A program made the position numbers and the translations under genes. Positions 63,766 through 64,000 of a DNA stretch of 64,000 bases are shown here, piece by piece. The notes under the pieces are model-generated. The model was not told where the DNA came from. It ran no database searches and saw only the letters and a list, made by a program, of their open reading frames with translations. The stretch is from Zygnema circumcarinatum SAG 698-1b (taxonomy: Eukaryota > Plantae > Zygnematophyceae): assembly GCA_037447605.1 (NCBI GenBank), contig CM074808.1:2604001-2668000 (forward strand), written 5' to 3'. The stretch's first letter is position 1. Each line of letters opens with the position of its first letter.

Positions 63766-64000
63766 GTTTCTCTGTTTTATACGTTTTCTAGAGTTTGATG
63801 AGCGGCTGACGGAGTGGATAGCGGGGAGGGGCCGGGCGGGCGGGGGAGTGGGCGAGTGGGAGGGAGAGGGAGGAGCGGGAGGAGGAGAAGGAGAGTGGAC
63901 GAAAGAGAGGAGACGAGAGGAAAGGGTGCCAGGCAGCTCGGGTCAGGTGAGGGGGAGAGGGAGGCGGTAAAGTGCTGCTGTATTATCAGCTGCTGCGTTG

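Overview
Eukaryotic, intron-rich, repeat-rich genomic window with five N-gaps. The genes are plant-like; the style suggests a streptophyte alga such as Chara, which is inference only. Eight spliced protein-coding genes were reconstructed by hand: RNA pol III RPC7/RPC31-like (-), BLOC-1 subunit 2 (+), aminopeptidase P1 (-), proteasome RPN12 (-), an MFS transporter (+, exon-1 block duplicated, probably an assembly artefact), PTB (-), SKP1-like ASK21 type (+), and DDX6/RH8 DEAD-box helicase (-). A ninth, plastid RidA (-), lies near the end. About 18-35 kb is a nest of transposon debris: a decayed CRE/SLACS-type non-LTR element with a head-to-head inverted partner, a fold-back palindrome centred on telomere-like repeats, a hAT MITE with an 8-bp TSD, a chromovirus integrase, three Copia LTR/gag junctions, and a long-TIR element. 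The best leads are a candidate PTC-containing poison cassette exon with a CU-rich tract in PTB intron 2, a 51-bp array of alternating G-box/E-box palindromes, an AUG-less presequence-like extension and a GC-AG intron in APP1, a telomere-fusion-like palindrome, a Copia family lacking an obvious tRNA PBS, and long C-terminal extensions on SKP1-like and PTB. No CRISPR array, rRNA or complete tRNA is supported. No searches were run; family assignments come from recalled motifs.
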